Source: a virus
Lineage: Duplodnaviria > Caudoviricetes
IMG/VR virus record: IMGVR_UViG_3300049016_000012
Span: 1 to 25,033 of that record
Strand: one strand, 5' to 3'
DNA: 25,033 bases
Position 1 is the stretch's first letter. Every line of letters starts with the position of its first letter. The position numbers were made by a program, and so were the translations under genes. Below are positions 1 to 9,408 of the stretch, piece by piece. A model generated the notes under the pieces. That model was not told where the DNA came from. It searched no databases and worked only from the letters and a program-made list of their open reading frames with translations.

Positions 1-294
1 GCGGGAAATCAGAACCGCAACATGGACGCCAGCGGCAAGAAGCTGATCAACAGCATCGCGATCTACGAGGACGACTTCAACGTGCTCAAGGTCGTGGCTG
101 ACCGCTTCTGCACCACGCGAAATGTGCTCCTGCTAGACACCGACAACGCGAAGATCGCATGGCTGCGACCAATAGAGGTGCAGCCACTGGCGAAGACCGG
201 CGACAGCATCCGCAAACTAGTGATCGGCGAGTGGACGCTGGAAGTCAGTGAGCCAAAGGCCCACGGCATCATCCGCGACCTCACGACTTCCTGA
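1..294 (+). CDS. Major capsid protein, C-terminal fragment (SU10/DUF5309-like), truncated by window edge
   Basis: Frame open from base 1. Motifs IYEDDF..LKVVADRF, LRP...QPLAKTGD...K.LVIGEWTLEV..PKAHG.I.DL are typical of the C-terminus of DUF5309-type podovirus capsid proteins. Confidence 0.85.
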   Translation, partial: AGNQNRNMDASGKKLINSIAIYEDDFNVLKVVADRFCTTRNVLLLDTDNAKIAWLRPIEVQPLAKTGDSIRKLVIGEWTLEVSEPKAHGIIRDLTTS

Positions 295-306
295 TAGGAG
301 CTGTCC

Positions 307-624
307 ATGTCAGTACGTCCACTTGGCTGGGAAACGCTAACTCTGCCGATGGCAGACGTTGCCGCGGCCAGCAGCGTCAACTTCATCGCGCCGATCGACG
401 CCACACGGCTCGAGGTGGTTACGATGCTGTCTGGCGCGCTCGCCGGTGGTGATGCCACGCTCACGGTCTCCAAGAACGGCACCAATCTGTCACCGACCAT
501 CGTCATTACCAGCTCCGGCTCGGCGCTGGGCGACATCGTCAAGGGCGACCGCATCACGGTGACGACGGACGGCGGCGGCAACTCCACCGTGCCGATCACC
601 ATCAACGCCACCTTCACGCCGTGA
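307..624 (+). CDS. Putative head decoration / minor virion protein
   Basis: SD TAGGAG upstream. Small Thr/Gly/Val-rich beta protein directly after the capsid gene. Confidence 0.6.
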   Translation: MSVRPLGWETLTLPMADVAAASSVNFIAPIDATRLEVVTMLSGALAGGDATLTVSKNGTNLSPTIVITSSGSALGDIVKGDRITVTTDGGGNSTVPITINATFTP

Positions 625-929
625 CGACACAGCGCTCACAGGATACGACTTACCGCCTGAGCATCTCTCAGGTGGTGTCATATGACGCGAGCGTTGCGAC
701 CACCAATGGCGTCTCGGCGAACATCTACGAAGTTCGCGTCGTGGCGCCCACGAATGCATGGATTGCGATCGGAGCGGCCCCTACCGCGGTAGCGGACACG
801 GCGAACAATCACTACCTGCCGGCCAACGTGCCCATGAACATTCGTGTCACGCCGGGGCAGAAAATTGCCTTCATCAAGGCGACTGGCGGCACGGCCGGCG
901 TCGGCTGCGTGACTGAGCTCACTCGATGA
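621..929 (+). CDS. Putative virion structural protein (beta-rich)
   Basis: GTGA overlap with the upstream stop. Motif VRVVA....WIAIG..PTA......YLPA.....I.V.PGQKIA.I is typical of small podovirus structural proteins. Confidence 0.65.
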   Translation: MTTQRSQDTTYRLSISQVVSYDASVATTNGVSANIYEVRVVAPTNAWIAIGAAPTAVADTANNHYLPANVPMNIRVTPGQKIAFIKATGGTAGVGCVTELTR

Positions 930-1318
930 GCCAGACCCTCAACCCGCTGAGCATCGAGGTCGAGCAGAATTGGCTCGCGAATGCCTACGCGCATACCGAT
1001 GCGGGGTGCGGCGTGGTCGATGACATCGCTGAAGACTGGCGCTTCGAGGGCGACAAGCTCGTGTGCCATCGCGTGCAGGACGTCCAGCCGTACCTGGATG
1101 CCAATAAGGCTGCTTACAACGACGTGTCGGACTGGCGGCCATTTGCTGGGCTCGACGGACGCATGGTCGCGGACATCCCGAACGTCATCATCGAGCGCTG
1201 GATTCGCGAAGGCTTCAACATCTTCGATGAGCAACAGCCCGACTATCAGAAGAAGCTTCGCCAGCGGTTGAACTCCAACGAGTACCGATTCCTGCGCGTG
1301 ACGCCGGGAAGGCTGTGA
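926..1318 (+). CDS. Conserved phage protein of the head-tail module
   Basis: ATGA overlap. QDVQPYLDANK...VADIP.VIIE.W...G.N......LN..EY..LR..PGRL resembles the small protein found between capsid and adaptor in this podovirus group. Confidence 0.7.
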   Translation: MSQTLNPLSIEVEQNWLANAYAHTDAGCGVVDDIAEDWRFEGDKLVCHRVQDVQPYLDANKAAYNDVSDWRPFAGLDGRMVADIPNVIIERWIREGFNIFDEQQPDYQKKLRQRLNSNEYRFLRVTPGRL

Positions 1319-1322
1319 TGTC

Positions 1323-1958
1323 GTGGCAGTCATCACAACGTACACATCGCTCCTGACCGCGATCGGGGACTATCTCAAGCGCTCGAATCTCACCTCGTTC
1401 GCTCCGAACTTCGTTCAGGCTTGGGAAGAGAAGTTCTACCGCCAGCCGCGCAACTTCGGCCGGTGGATGGAAGTCACGGGGGCGATCGGAACCATCGCCA
1501 GCTCCGTCGTAGCGGTCCCGGCTGATTACCTGGGTCTCAAAGTCGCCTACGTCGATGGCGAGAATCAGCCGGCGCTCGATCGCAAGAGCCTCACGCAGCT
1601 CTATGGCCGCTACCCGCGCGGCGTCGCCGACACCGGAACGCCGAAGCAGATTGCGCGTGATGGCACGAACTTCGTCTTCGGCCCGCTGCCTGACGATGAC
1701 TACACCATCAAGGGCGTGTACTGGGGCAAGCCGGTCGTGCTGCGGAGCTTCGCGGGGGATGCGGCGGCGCATTGGCTGATCGTCAACGCGCCGGATCTGG
1801 TGCTGTACGGTTCGCTCCTGCAAGCCGAGCCTTTTAGCAAGAACGACGCGCGAATCCCCATCTGGCAGCAGCTGTACAGCGATGCGCTGCAGGACTATCG
1901 CGCGCTGCATCGGGAAGAGGACGAGTCAGGTAGTCCCTTCCAAGAGGTACTCGCGTGA
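1323..1958 (+). CDS. Head-to-tail adaptor protein
   Basis: N-terminal ITTY..L..AI.DYL.R..LT...P.F and C-terminal WL..NAPDL.LYGSL.QAEPF.KND.RI.IW motifs. Lies just before the nozzle gene. Confidence 0.75.
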   Translation: MAVITTYTSLLTAIGDYLKRSNLTSFAPNFVQAWEEKFYRQPRNFGRWMEVTGAIGTIASSVVAVPADYLGLKVAYVDGENQPALDRKSLTQLYGRYPRGVADTGTPKQIARDGTNFVFGPLPDDDYTIKGVYWGKPVVLRSFAGDAAAHWLIVNAPDLVLYGSLLQAEPFSKNDARIPIWQQLYSDALQDYRALHREEDESGSPFQEVLA

Positions 1959-3469
1959 GCCGCGCATCCGATGGCGTGGTGAAATTCGGCCCTTGGCTGC
2001 CGGACATCCCGACGCTCGACAATCCTGGCCTTACGGAGGCGCTAAACGTTCTGCCTGTCGCGCGCAGCTACGTGCCATACAGGCCGCTCTCGACGCAGCA
2101 GGGAGCGCTTGCCTCTCGCCCCTATGGCGCCATCTCGGTGGTAGATAGCGACTCCAATACGATCCTGTACGCAGGCACCGCGACGGATCTTTATCAGCGA
2201 TCAGCGGCGACATGGGTGGATCGCTCAACCGCGTTCAGCTATACGCTTTCGACGCTGGATTACTGGCGCTTTGTGCAGTTCGACGACTTCGTGATTGCCA
2301 CGTCGTTCTCAGATGTGCCGCAGAAGCTGCAAATCGGCGCGGCGGCAGATTTCGAGGACCTGGCCGACACAGGCACCGCCCCCAATGCGCGCCAGGTGGG
2401 GGTGATAGGGCGCTTCGTGGTGCTCGGTGATCTTGATGATCCGGTAGATGGGCGGCTGCCGAGCGCGATCCAGTGGTCAGCGATCGATGATCCGACCGAC
2501 TGGCCAACACCTGACACAGCGGATGCACGTACCAAGCAGTCCGGCCGGCAGGTCCAGAACGGCGCCGGAGGGCCGGTGACCGGGATCGAGGGCGATGAGC
2601 AATTCGGGATCATCTTCCAGCGCTCGCGTATCTCGCGGGCGACCTACGTGGGCGGGGACATCGTCTTCCAGTTCGACAATATCGACTCATCGCGGGGCTG
2701 CATCTGCCCGAACGGCATAGCCACGATCGGCAAGCGGCGCTACTTCATCGCCTCGGATGGCTTCTACGTCACGGACGGCGTGAACGTTGAGCCTATCGGC
2801 GACGGGCAGGTAGACCAGTGGTTCCTGGAGAATTGGGACCAGACCTATCCAGAGCGCGTGTGCAGCGCGGTCGATCTCACCAAGAAGATCATCTACTGGG
2901 CATTCCCGGCGAGCGGCAACAGCGGAGGGCAACCGAACGCGTTGATCGTGTACAACTACATCGAACAGCGCTGGACTCATGCGGAGCAGGTGGCTGAACT
3001 AATAATCCCAGGCTTGAGCTTGCCCACATCAATCGATGACTTCGACGATCTTTTTGCATCGATTGATGACATCGAGCCTCCATTGGACTCGCCATTTTGG
3101 GCCGGCGGGGCAGCGGCTATTTTTGGTTGGGATGATGACTTCCAGGTCGGAACTCTGGCGGGCAGCCCCGGCACAGCCACTCTTGATGGCCAGGAGGTAG
3201 AGCTGAATCCCGGCCTCTATACCTATGTCGGCGGCGTCAAGCCCCTGGTGACCGGAAACGGATCATCCGCGCAGGTCACGATAGCCCTGGGTCAGCGGAA
3301 TTTGCTTGATGATGACCCGACGTACACCGCCGATACCGAGCGCACTGACTCCACCGGTTATTGCGATTTCGACACAGAGGCGCGCTACAACCGCACCCGG
3401 ATGGTGATTGAGGGAGATTTTAAGCAGGCGATCGGGGTGCATTTCCAACAGCAGGCCGCCGGCACATGA
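1955..3469 (+). CDS. Tail nozzle / stabilization protein (P22 gp10-like role)
   Basis: 504 aa. FGPWLPD start, W.F.QF and WSAI.DPT.W motifs, FIASDGFY..DG....PIG...VD.WF. Beta-propeller-like composition and matching synteny. Confidence 0.75.
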   Translation: MSRASDGVVKFGPWLPDIPTLDNPGLTEALNVLPVARSYVPYRPLSTQQGALASRPYGAISVVDSDSNTILYAGTATDLYQRSAATWVDRSTAFSYTLSTLDYWRFVQFDDFVIATSFSDVPQKLQIGAAADFEDLADTGTAPNARQVGVIGRFVVLGDLDDPVDGRLPSAIQWSAIDDPTDWPTPDTADARTKQSGRQVQNGAGGPVTGIEGDEQFGIIFQRSRISRATYVGGDIVFQFDNIDSSRGCICPNGIATIGKRRYFIASDGFYVTDGVNVEPIGDGQVDQWFLENWDQTYPERVCSAVDLTKKIIYWAFPASGNSGGQPNALIVYNYIEQRWTHAEQVAELIIPGLSLPTSIDDFDDLFASIDDIEPPLDSPFWAGGAAAIFGWDDDFQVGTLAGSPGTATLDGQEVELNPGLYTYVGGVKPLVTGNGSSAQVTIALGQRNLLDDDPTYTADTERTDSTGYCDFDTEARYNRTRMVIEGDFKQAIGVHFQQQAAGT

Positions 3470-3792
3470 GCCTACCGTACCAGCAAAAGCGCGACCTCCC
3501 GGTCAACATCCATCTGTGGAATCTGACAGATGCAGTAAATGGGCTGATCGATGGCCGCGGCAACGTGACCGGCGAGGTGACGCTGACGGCTGGCGCCACG
3601 AGCACTACGGTGACTGACAACAAGTTCGAATCCGGGATGACTGTGCTACTGCAGCCGAAGACCGCGAATGCCGCGGCCGCGCTTACAACAACGTACATCG
3701 CAGATACGGACAAGACCAAGGGAGCCTTCACGATCACGCACGCGAACAACGCGCAAGTAGACCGGACCTTTTCCTATGTCCGCACTGGCTGA
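3466..3792 (+). CDS. Small tail protein (needle / short-fibre-like)
   Basis: ATGA overlap. VN.LI.G..N.TG.VTL...G.FTITH.N....DRTF.Y pattern, located right after the nozzle gene. Confidence 0.55.
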   Translation: MSLPYQQKRDLPVNIHLWNLTDAVNGLIDGRGNVTGEVTLTAGATSTTVTDNKFESGMTVLLQPKTANAAAALTTTYIADTDKTKGAFTITHANNAQVDRTFSYVRTG

Positions 3793-4192
3793 ACCATTCT
3801 GCGTTCCATCGGATCAACTCGAGGCGGCGTGGCCAGACATCGCGCGGCTTGTTTCACGTGTAACAGATCTGCCGTGGACGCTAGATGATGTCTTCGCAGA
3901 ACTCGCTGACAAAAGAGCGCAGTGCTTTGGCATTCGAGAGGGCGATGATGTGATCGGTGTGGTCATCACGCGCATAGAGAACACGCCGAGTCATCGTTTT
4001 GGCGTGATCTGGATCGCCGCCGGTGTTGCGCATGAGGCAGCTTTTGCGATGCTGCGGGAAACGATCGAACCGTGGATGTTTGAGCAGGGCTGCGAATGGG
4101 TGGAGATTCAGGGTCGTAAGGGCTGGCAAAAACTGCTGCCAGACTACGATTTTGCAAGCATCGTGCTGAGGAAGTATCGCAATGTCCACTGA
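3776..4192 (+). CDS. Putative GNAT-fold-like virion assembly protein (P22 gp14-like position)
   Basis: C-terminal GC..VEI.GRKGW.K.L motif. Lies between tail genes and ejection-protein genes. Confidence 0.55.
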   Translation: MSALAEPFCVPSDQLEAAWPDIARLVSRVTDLPWTLDDVFAELADKRAQCFGIREGDDVIGVVITRIENTPSHRFGVIWIAAGVAHEAAFAMLRETIEPWMFEQGCEWVEIQGRKGWQKLLPDYDFASIVLRKYRNVH

Positions 4193-4206
4193 ATCAGAGG
4201 CAAGTC

Positions 4207-5175
4207 ATGGGCGGTAGCAGCTCTCCTTCCCGAACAACGACCACGCAGGAGCCGCCTGCATTCATCCGTCCCTTCTTGGAGGACGCCGCTCGCGCCTCGC
4301 AGAATCTCTATCGGGCAGGTACCCCGCAGTTCTTCCCTGGTCAGACTGTCGTCGACTACGACGAAAACACCAGAGCGGCTCTTGAGGGAACCCGTCAGCG
4401 CGCCATCAATGGCTCTCCGGTAGTCGATGCCGCTCAGGGCTACGCGCAGCGCACGCTCAATGGCCCGGTAAGTTCGCAATTCGGCTCGGCCATGAATCCC
4501 TATTCGAGCCAGCCCAGGGAGTTCGCGGGGGCGACCAATCCGTATCTGGATGCCACTTTCAACCGCGCGGCCGATCAAGTCCAGAATCGGCTGCAGTCGA
4601 GTTTTGCAGCCGCAGGCCGAAACACAGGCGCTGCGCGTGCGCCCGCCGCTCTCGAGCTGAACGACCTGGCGAATCAGGTCTACGGCGGGGCGTATGAGCA
4701 GGACCGCAACCGCTCCCTGTCTGAGCTGCAGCAGATGCGAGGGATTGGTGCCACAGGCTTTGAGAACGCGCAGAACCGTGCTCTGGACGACATCCAGCAG
4801 CAGCGAGGGTTGCAATTGGCCAACGCGCAGATCGCGCCTCAGCTTGCTGCACAGGACTACGCGGATCTGTCGGCGCTAGAGGGTGTTGGGCGGAGCAACG
4901 AAGATTTGCGGCAGCAAATGCTGGATTCGGATATAGAGCGCTTCAATTATTACGAACAGGCGCCTCAGATCAATCTGGACCGGTACTTGCAGCGCATTAC
5001 CGGATCATTCCCTGGGGGCAGCCAAACCACAGTCACGCCGAATACGCGCAACCGGGCGGCGGGGGCACTCGGAGGGGCAGCCAGTTTAGGGCTCGCTGGC
5101 GCTGGGACTGGAAATCCATATCTCGCCGCCGGTGGCGCTGTTTTGGGCGGACTGTTGGGAGCTTTCGGGAATTGA
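4207..5175 (+). CDS. DNA ejection / pilot protein 1 (P22 gp7-like position)
   Basis: MGGSSS..TTTTQEPP.F..P.L start, NPY repeats, Gln/Ala-rich helices and a C-terminal Gly/Ala-zipper hydrophobic tail. Confidence 0.7.
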   Translation: MGGSSSPSRTTTTQEPPAFIRPFLEDAARASQNLYRAGTPQFFPGQTVVDYDENTRAALEGTRQRAINGSPVVDAAQGYAQRTLNGPVSSQFGSAMNPYSSQPREFAGATNPYLDATFNRAADQVQNRLQSSFAAAGRNTGAARAPAALELNDLANQVYGGAYEQDRNRSLSELQQMRGIGATGFENAQNRALDDIQQQRGLQLANAQIAPQLAAQDYADLSALEGVGRSNEDLRQQMLDSDIERFNYYEQAPQINLDRYLQRITGSFPGGSQTTVTPNTRNRAAGALGGAASLGLAGAGTGNPYLAAGGAVLGGLLGAFGN

Positions 5176-5178
5176 TGC

Positions 5179-6297
5179 ATGCCATTCAGTGACCTGCTGC
5201 GAAAATTCGGATTGCTTGCCCCGCAAGGCGCGGCCGCTGGCGCGGGCGCTGGAGACCCCGGCGTAGATCCCTCTAGCGGCGCTGGCGGCGGGCTCTTGAC
5301 TCCAGAGATGCAGGCTGCCGCACGCCGGCAGGGGATTTTATCATTCGGGGCATCATTGCTCGCCAACAGTGGCCCGCAGCCGGGTCCAGGGATTGGCTTG
5401 GGAGCAGCGCTGGGGCAGGCCATCCAAGCGGGACAAGCGGCCAATCAAGGCAGCATCGACAACCAGCTCCAGCAGTTGCTGCTCAAGTCTCAGATCCAGC
5501 GCAACGAGCGCGGACCGGCGGGGAATGGAGATCCGGCGCTGGTGGCGGAGTACAAGTTTGCGCAGGCGAATGGTTTTCAGGGCAGCTTCCAGGACTACAT
5601 CAAGTCCAAGCAGACCGCGCAGCAAGCGCCATCGGACATCCAGAGCTACGAGTATTACAGCAAGCTCACCCCGGAGCAGCAGAAGCAGTTCTTGGAGATC
5701 AAGCGCAACAGCCAGCCTTACCAGTATGTTCAGACGGCGCGTGGTGATGAGCTTCTGAATAAAGTCACCGGAGATTTACAGACTGTCGCCCCCACGGCGC
5801 AGGTTGCGCAGTCGAAGCAAGACATTGCTCGTGCTACCGCAGCCGGAACTACAACTGGCAATCAGACGGCCGCCACGCAGTTCGATCTCCCAAGAGTTGA
5901 GCAAAATGCCGCGTTCATGCTTAAGTCCATCAAAGACCTGAAAGGAGCGCCTGGCTTCAATGGGATCTTCGGCTTGCGCGGCGCGCTACCAAACATTCCT
6001 GGCACTGATGCGGCAGACGCACAAACTTATCTCGACCAAGTCAAAGGTAAGACCTTTCTGGAGGCGTACAACTCTCTCAAGGGCGGGGGCCAGATCACAG
6101 AGGTTGAAGGGACGAAGGCAGAGGGCGCAATTGCGAGGTTGCAGCAAGCGCAATCTGCTGATGCGGCGCGAGTAGCATTGGATGATCTCGAGTCAGTCGT
6201 AGTCGGAACGCTGGATAGAGTCCGAAAACAAGCCGGCGTGACGGATAGGCCTCAGCCTCAATCTAAGAGGCCGCCGCTCTCGTCCTTCCGGAGATAA
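5179..6297 (+). CDS. DNA ejection protein 2 (P22 gp20-like)
   Basis: Gly-rich hydrophobic N-terminus, P..v.EY.F/Y repeats, and a C-terminal IPGT.AAD....LDQ.KG..FL.A...LKGGG.ITE.EG.KA..AIARL motif. Confidence 0.7.
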   Translation: MPFSDLLRKFGLLAPQGAAAGAGAGDPGVDPSSGAGGGLLTPEMQAAARRQGILSFGASLLANSGPQPGPGIGLGAALGQAIQAGQAANQGSIDNQLQQLLLKSQIQRNERGPAGNGDPALVAEYKFAQANGFQGSFQDYIKSKQTAQQAPSDIQSYEYYSKLTPEQQKQFLEIKRNSQPYQYVQTARGDELLNKVTGDLQTVAPTAQVAQSKQDIARATAAGTTTGNQTAATQFDLPRVEQNAAFMLKSIKDLKGAPGFNGIFGLRGALPNIPGTDAADAQTYLDQVKGKTFLEAYNSLKGGGQITEVEGTKAEGAIARLQQAQSADAARVALDDLESVVVGTLDRVRKQAGVTDRPQPQSKRPPLSSFRR

Positions 6298-6300
6298 GGC

Positions 6301-8076
6301 ATGCCCTTCGACGTACAAGGCGCTCGAGCGGCGGGTTATTCAGACGCCGAGATCGCAGACGAACTGGCCAAGGACTCAAAATTCGACACCGCTGGAGCCC
6401 GTGCGGCGGGCTATAGCGATGCGGAGATCATCAACGAACTGCAGCCGCCACTGCCGCCCGCAACAGCCGCGGATCGCTTCCAGGCCGCAGCTGGAGGGCT
6501 CGGGAAGGGCTTCGCGTACACCCTTGGCTTGCCTGCTGATTTCGGCATCAATCTGGCTGACGTTGGCTCTGCCGCGGTTGGCGCTGGCTACCTGCTCAAG
6601 GACAAGCTGACGGGAAAGCCAGAGAAGAAGGAATACACCCGCGCGGACCTGCCAATCCAGTTGGGCGACAACATTCCGACTTTTGTGAAGCCCGTGAAGC
6701 GCGAAGACGTGCCGCTCAGTTCGCAGAACATCCAGAAGGGCATGCGCGCCGTCGGCCTTGAGACTGAGCCAGTAAGGCCGGATGACCGCATCTCGCGCTA
6801 TCTGAACAACGCGACGGCGCTGGGTAGCGGCCTGCTGTTCGGCGGCATCTACAACAAGCTGGCTCCGCAGGCTGGGCCGGGTTCGCCGCCGGTTCCTCCG
6901 CCAGCGCCGCGCCCCGGTCAGCCACCGCTGAATCCGCCAACGAATCCACCGGTACCGCCGGCCCCAGCGCCAGGCCAGCTCGGAGGACCACAGTTGCCGG
7001 CGCCGCTAGGGCTCAATGCGACGGAGCAGGCGACGCTTGCGGCCGGTGAGCGCCTTGGACTGCGGGCCACGCCTGGCGCGCGCCTTGGCAGTCCGCAATT
7101 GCGGCAGATAGAAGCCAAGCTGGAAAGCTACCCGAGCACCTCCGGGCCGCTCCTGAAGCTCTCGGCGGACAATGGGCGCGTGGTCCAGCGCGAGTTCTTG
7201 AAGGCCATCGGCGAGTCAGGTGATGAGGTGTCGAGCCAGGCGCTTGCAAACGCTGCCCAACGCATCGGCAAGGTGTTCGATGATGCCGCGGCCAACAACA
7301 AAGTGGCCTATGACGCTCAGCTTGAGTCGCAGTTGTCGCAGATCGGGCAGCGTGCAGCGCTCGAGCTGACCGAAGCCGAAGGCAAGGTGATCCAGAACCA
7401 GCTCGGCGAGATCGTGAACAAGGCCGCGCAGGCAGGCGGGGCCATCGACGGACCGGCATTTCAGTCGATCTACTCAGCGCTCGGCCGTATCAGCGGCGGA
7501 AGTGGCACCGGCGGGACGCGCGTGGCTGCTGGCGAGATCCGTGACGCGCTTCATGACGCGCTGATTCGATCGGCAGGTCCTAAAGCAGCCGGAAAACTCA
7601 CCGAAGCCCGGAATCAGTACCGAAACCTGCTCACCGCCGAGAAATCAGGCGCTATTGACCCCGGCAGCGGCACCGTACGCGCCGGCCAGCTGGCCAACGC
7701 CTTCGCGCGCAGTGACAAGAACGGCTACTTGCGCGGTTACAACGACTCCGGGCTATACGATGCGCTGCGATTCGCAAATACCCGAACCTTCGGGCCGATT
7801 GTGGGCAACAGCGGCACCGCGACGCGCCTCGGAAACCCCAACGGGGCATTCGATGCCAGCCGCTACCTGCTCGGCAACCTCGGAGCGCGCGCATACCTTG
7901 CAGGCGGCAATACAGCCCTCGGCAGATCTGCTCTCAACAGCGGCGTGAATGCGGCCAATGCGACGCGCGATTATGTGCGCCGCATCGCCGGCATACCGAC
8001 ACAGCAGGCGCTTCCGGGTATTATCATTGGCACGCAGCCGATCGAAGACGAGCTGGCGCGTGGCCTATACCAATAA
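6301..8076 (+). CDS. DNA ejection protein 3 (P22 gp16-like position)
   Basis: 591 aa, Ala/Gly-rich. Tandem FD..GARAAGYSDAEI repeats, TPGAR.GS..L..IE..L and SGTA.R motifs. Last gene before the tail fibre. Confidence 0.65.
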   Translation: MPFDVQGARAAGYSDAEIADELAKDSKFDTAGARAAGYSDAEIINELQPPLPPATAADRFQAAAGGLGKGFAYTLGLPADFGINLADVGSAAVGAGYLLKDKLTGKPEKKEYTRADLPIQLGDNIPTFVKPVKREDVPLSSQNIQKGMRAVGLETEPVRPDDRISRYLNNATALGSGLLFGGIYNKLAPQAGPGSPPVPPPAPRPGQPPLNPPTNPPVPPAPAPGQLGGPQLPAPLGLNATEQATLAAGERLGLRATPGARLGSPQLRQIEAKLESYPSTSGPLLKLSADNGRVVQREFLKAIGESGDEVSSQALANAAQRIGKVFDDAAANNKVAYDAQLESQLSQIGQRAALELTEAEGKVIQNQLGEIVNKAAQAGGAIDGPAFQSIYSALGRISGGSGTGGTRVAAGEIRDALHDALIRSAGPKAAGKLTEARNQYRNLLTAEKSGAIDPGSGTVRAGQLANAFARSDKNGYLRGYNDSGLYDALRFANTRTFGPIVGNSGTATRLGNPNGAFDASRYLLGNLGARAYLAGGNTALGRSALNSGVNAANATRDYVRRIAGIPTQQALPGIIIGTQPIEDELARGLYQ

Positions 8077-8091
8077 AAACAAGGCCGGCTC

Positions 8092-9408
8092 ATGACCATT
8101 CGCCTCTACTCAACGACCCCAGCAGACAACGACAGCGCCCCGCCCAACGGTTGGCCTGAAGGCCAGGCGGCCTCGACGATCAACGATTGTGGCCGACAAA
8201 TGCAGGCGGACATCCGCGAAAGCTTCGAGGAGCTGCCGTACTTCGATTTTGGCGATACTCCGACTCGCGTTGACAACGATACGTTCACGGTCGCCGGTGA
8301 TCTAACCGCGCGCTACGTGGTCGGCTATCGCGTCAAGCTGGTAGGCGCAACAACAGGCTTCGGCCGTATTTCGGTGTCCAGCTTCGGCGCTGGTGTGACG
8401 ACAATTGATGTGGTCATGGACAGCGGCAACGTGCCTGCGTCTCTTGTGCGAGTAGCGGTCAATAATAACGTCGTCAGCTTCGCCAACCCTTCAGCCTCTA
8501 TTGGCCTTTCGGCGGTCAACGGCACTGCGACAACTTCCATGCGCTCCGATGCCGCGCCGGCGTCTCAGTCCATCACTCCGACGATGACTGGAAAATGGAC
8601 TTTCACGCAGGCGAGGGGGGCAAGCCAAGCAACCGCTATAATGGCGAGCAGCAGTTTCCCGTTCATTATGCTGGACCAGTCAAACGCAGCCGCCAACAAT
8701 CGTTATTGGGATTTTGGAATTCTTTCTGAGCAGCTCATATTCAGAATCCTGAATGATGCCGATAATTCGAGTTCCAACTGGCTCACCGTCGACCGCACCG
8801 GCACGACCGTCGACAGAGTTGCGTTCCCGTCCGACAACAACGCGAGCGCATTTTCAGTCGGGGCTGCGCCAACCACTACCGGCGCAATGGCCCACATCTC
8901 CACGGCCACAGGCTCTGCCGCCGCGCTGACCATCAAGAGCGCCACCGCGGCAACCTCTACCGGGTTTGTGTGGAACACGGCGACAGCTGGCGACAACATC
9001 TTTCTGCAGTTCCTGACTGAAGGTTCAAGCGGGACATCTCGAGGCAGCATTGACTTCAACCGCGCTGGTACTGCGGTTCGCTACAACACAAGTTCTGATG
9101 GGAGGCTCAAGAGAAACGTCCTGCCGGCACCAAGCGCGGTCAACTTAGTGCTGTCTTTGCCTGTTGATTCCTTTGACTGGATTGAGGGCGATGTACACGT
9201 CGAACACGGGTTCGTCGCTCAGAAGCTATACGAAGTCTTCCCGGATGCGGTGAGCGGCGGCACGGATCCGGAGGCCATAATGGGGATTGACCGTGGAGCT
9301 CTGGTGCCTGTGCTTTGCAAGGCCCTGCAGGAGACTATCCAGCAGGTTCGGGCGCTGGAGCAGCGCGTTGCCGTAATTGAGGCGCCCGGATCGATTCGGC
9401 CCAGATGA
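8092..9408 (+). CDS. Tail fibre / receptor-binding protein with C-terminal peptidase S74 intramolecular chaperone
   Basis: N-terminal anchor YSTTPA.N...PPNGWPEG...STIND..R.M.A. C-terminal YNTSSDGRLKRNV...HGFVAQ.L.EV.P.AV...LVPVL.KALQE plus a coiled coil. Confidence 0.9.
   Translation: MTIRLYSTTPADNDSAPPNGWPEGQAASTINDCGRQMQADIRESFEELPYFDFGDTPTRVDNDTFTVAGDLTARYVVGYRVKLVGATTGFGRISVSSFGAGVTTIDVVMDSGNVPASLVRVAVNNNVVSFANPSASIGLSAVNGTATTSMRSDAAPASQSITPTMTGKWTFTQARGASQATAIMASSSFPFIMLDQSNAAANNRYWDFGILSEQLIFRILNDADNSSSNWLTVDRTGTTVDRVAFPSDNNASAFSVGAAPTTTGAMAHISTATGSAAALTIKSATAATSTGFVWNTATAGDNIFLQFLTEGSSGTSRGSIDFNRAGTAVRYNTSSDGRLKRNVLPAPSAVNLVLSLPVDSFDWIEGDVHVEHGFVAQKLYEVFPDAVSGGTDPEAIMGIDRGALVPVLCKALQETIQQVRALEQRVAVIEAPGSIRPR

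Noticed and set aside
289-309. Capsid gene is in frame with the next gene (possible readthrough to an extended capsid)
   Set aside because: Two consecutive stops (TGA TAG), the TAG is part of the downstream SD, and there is no slippery site.
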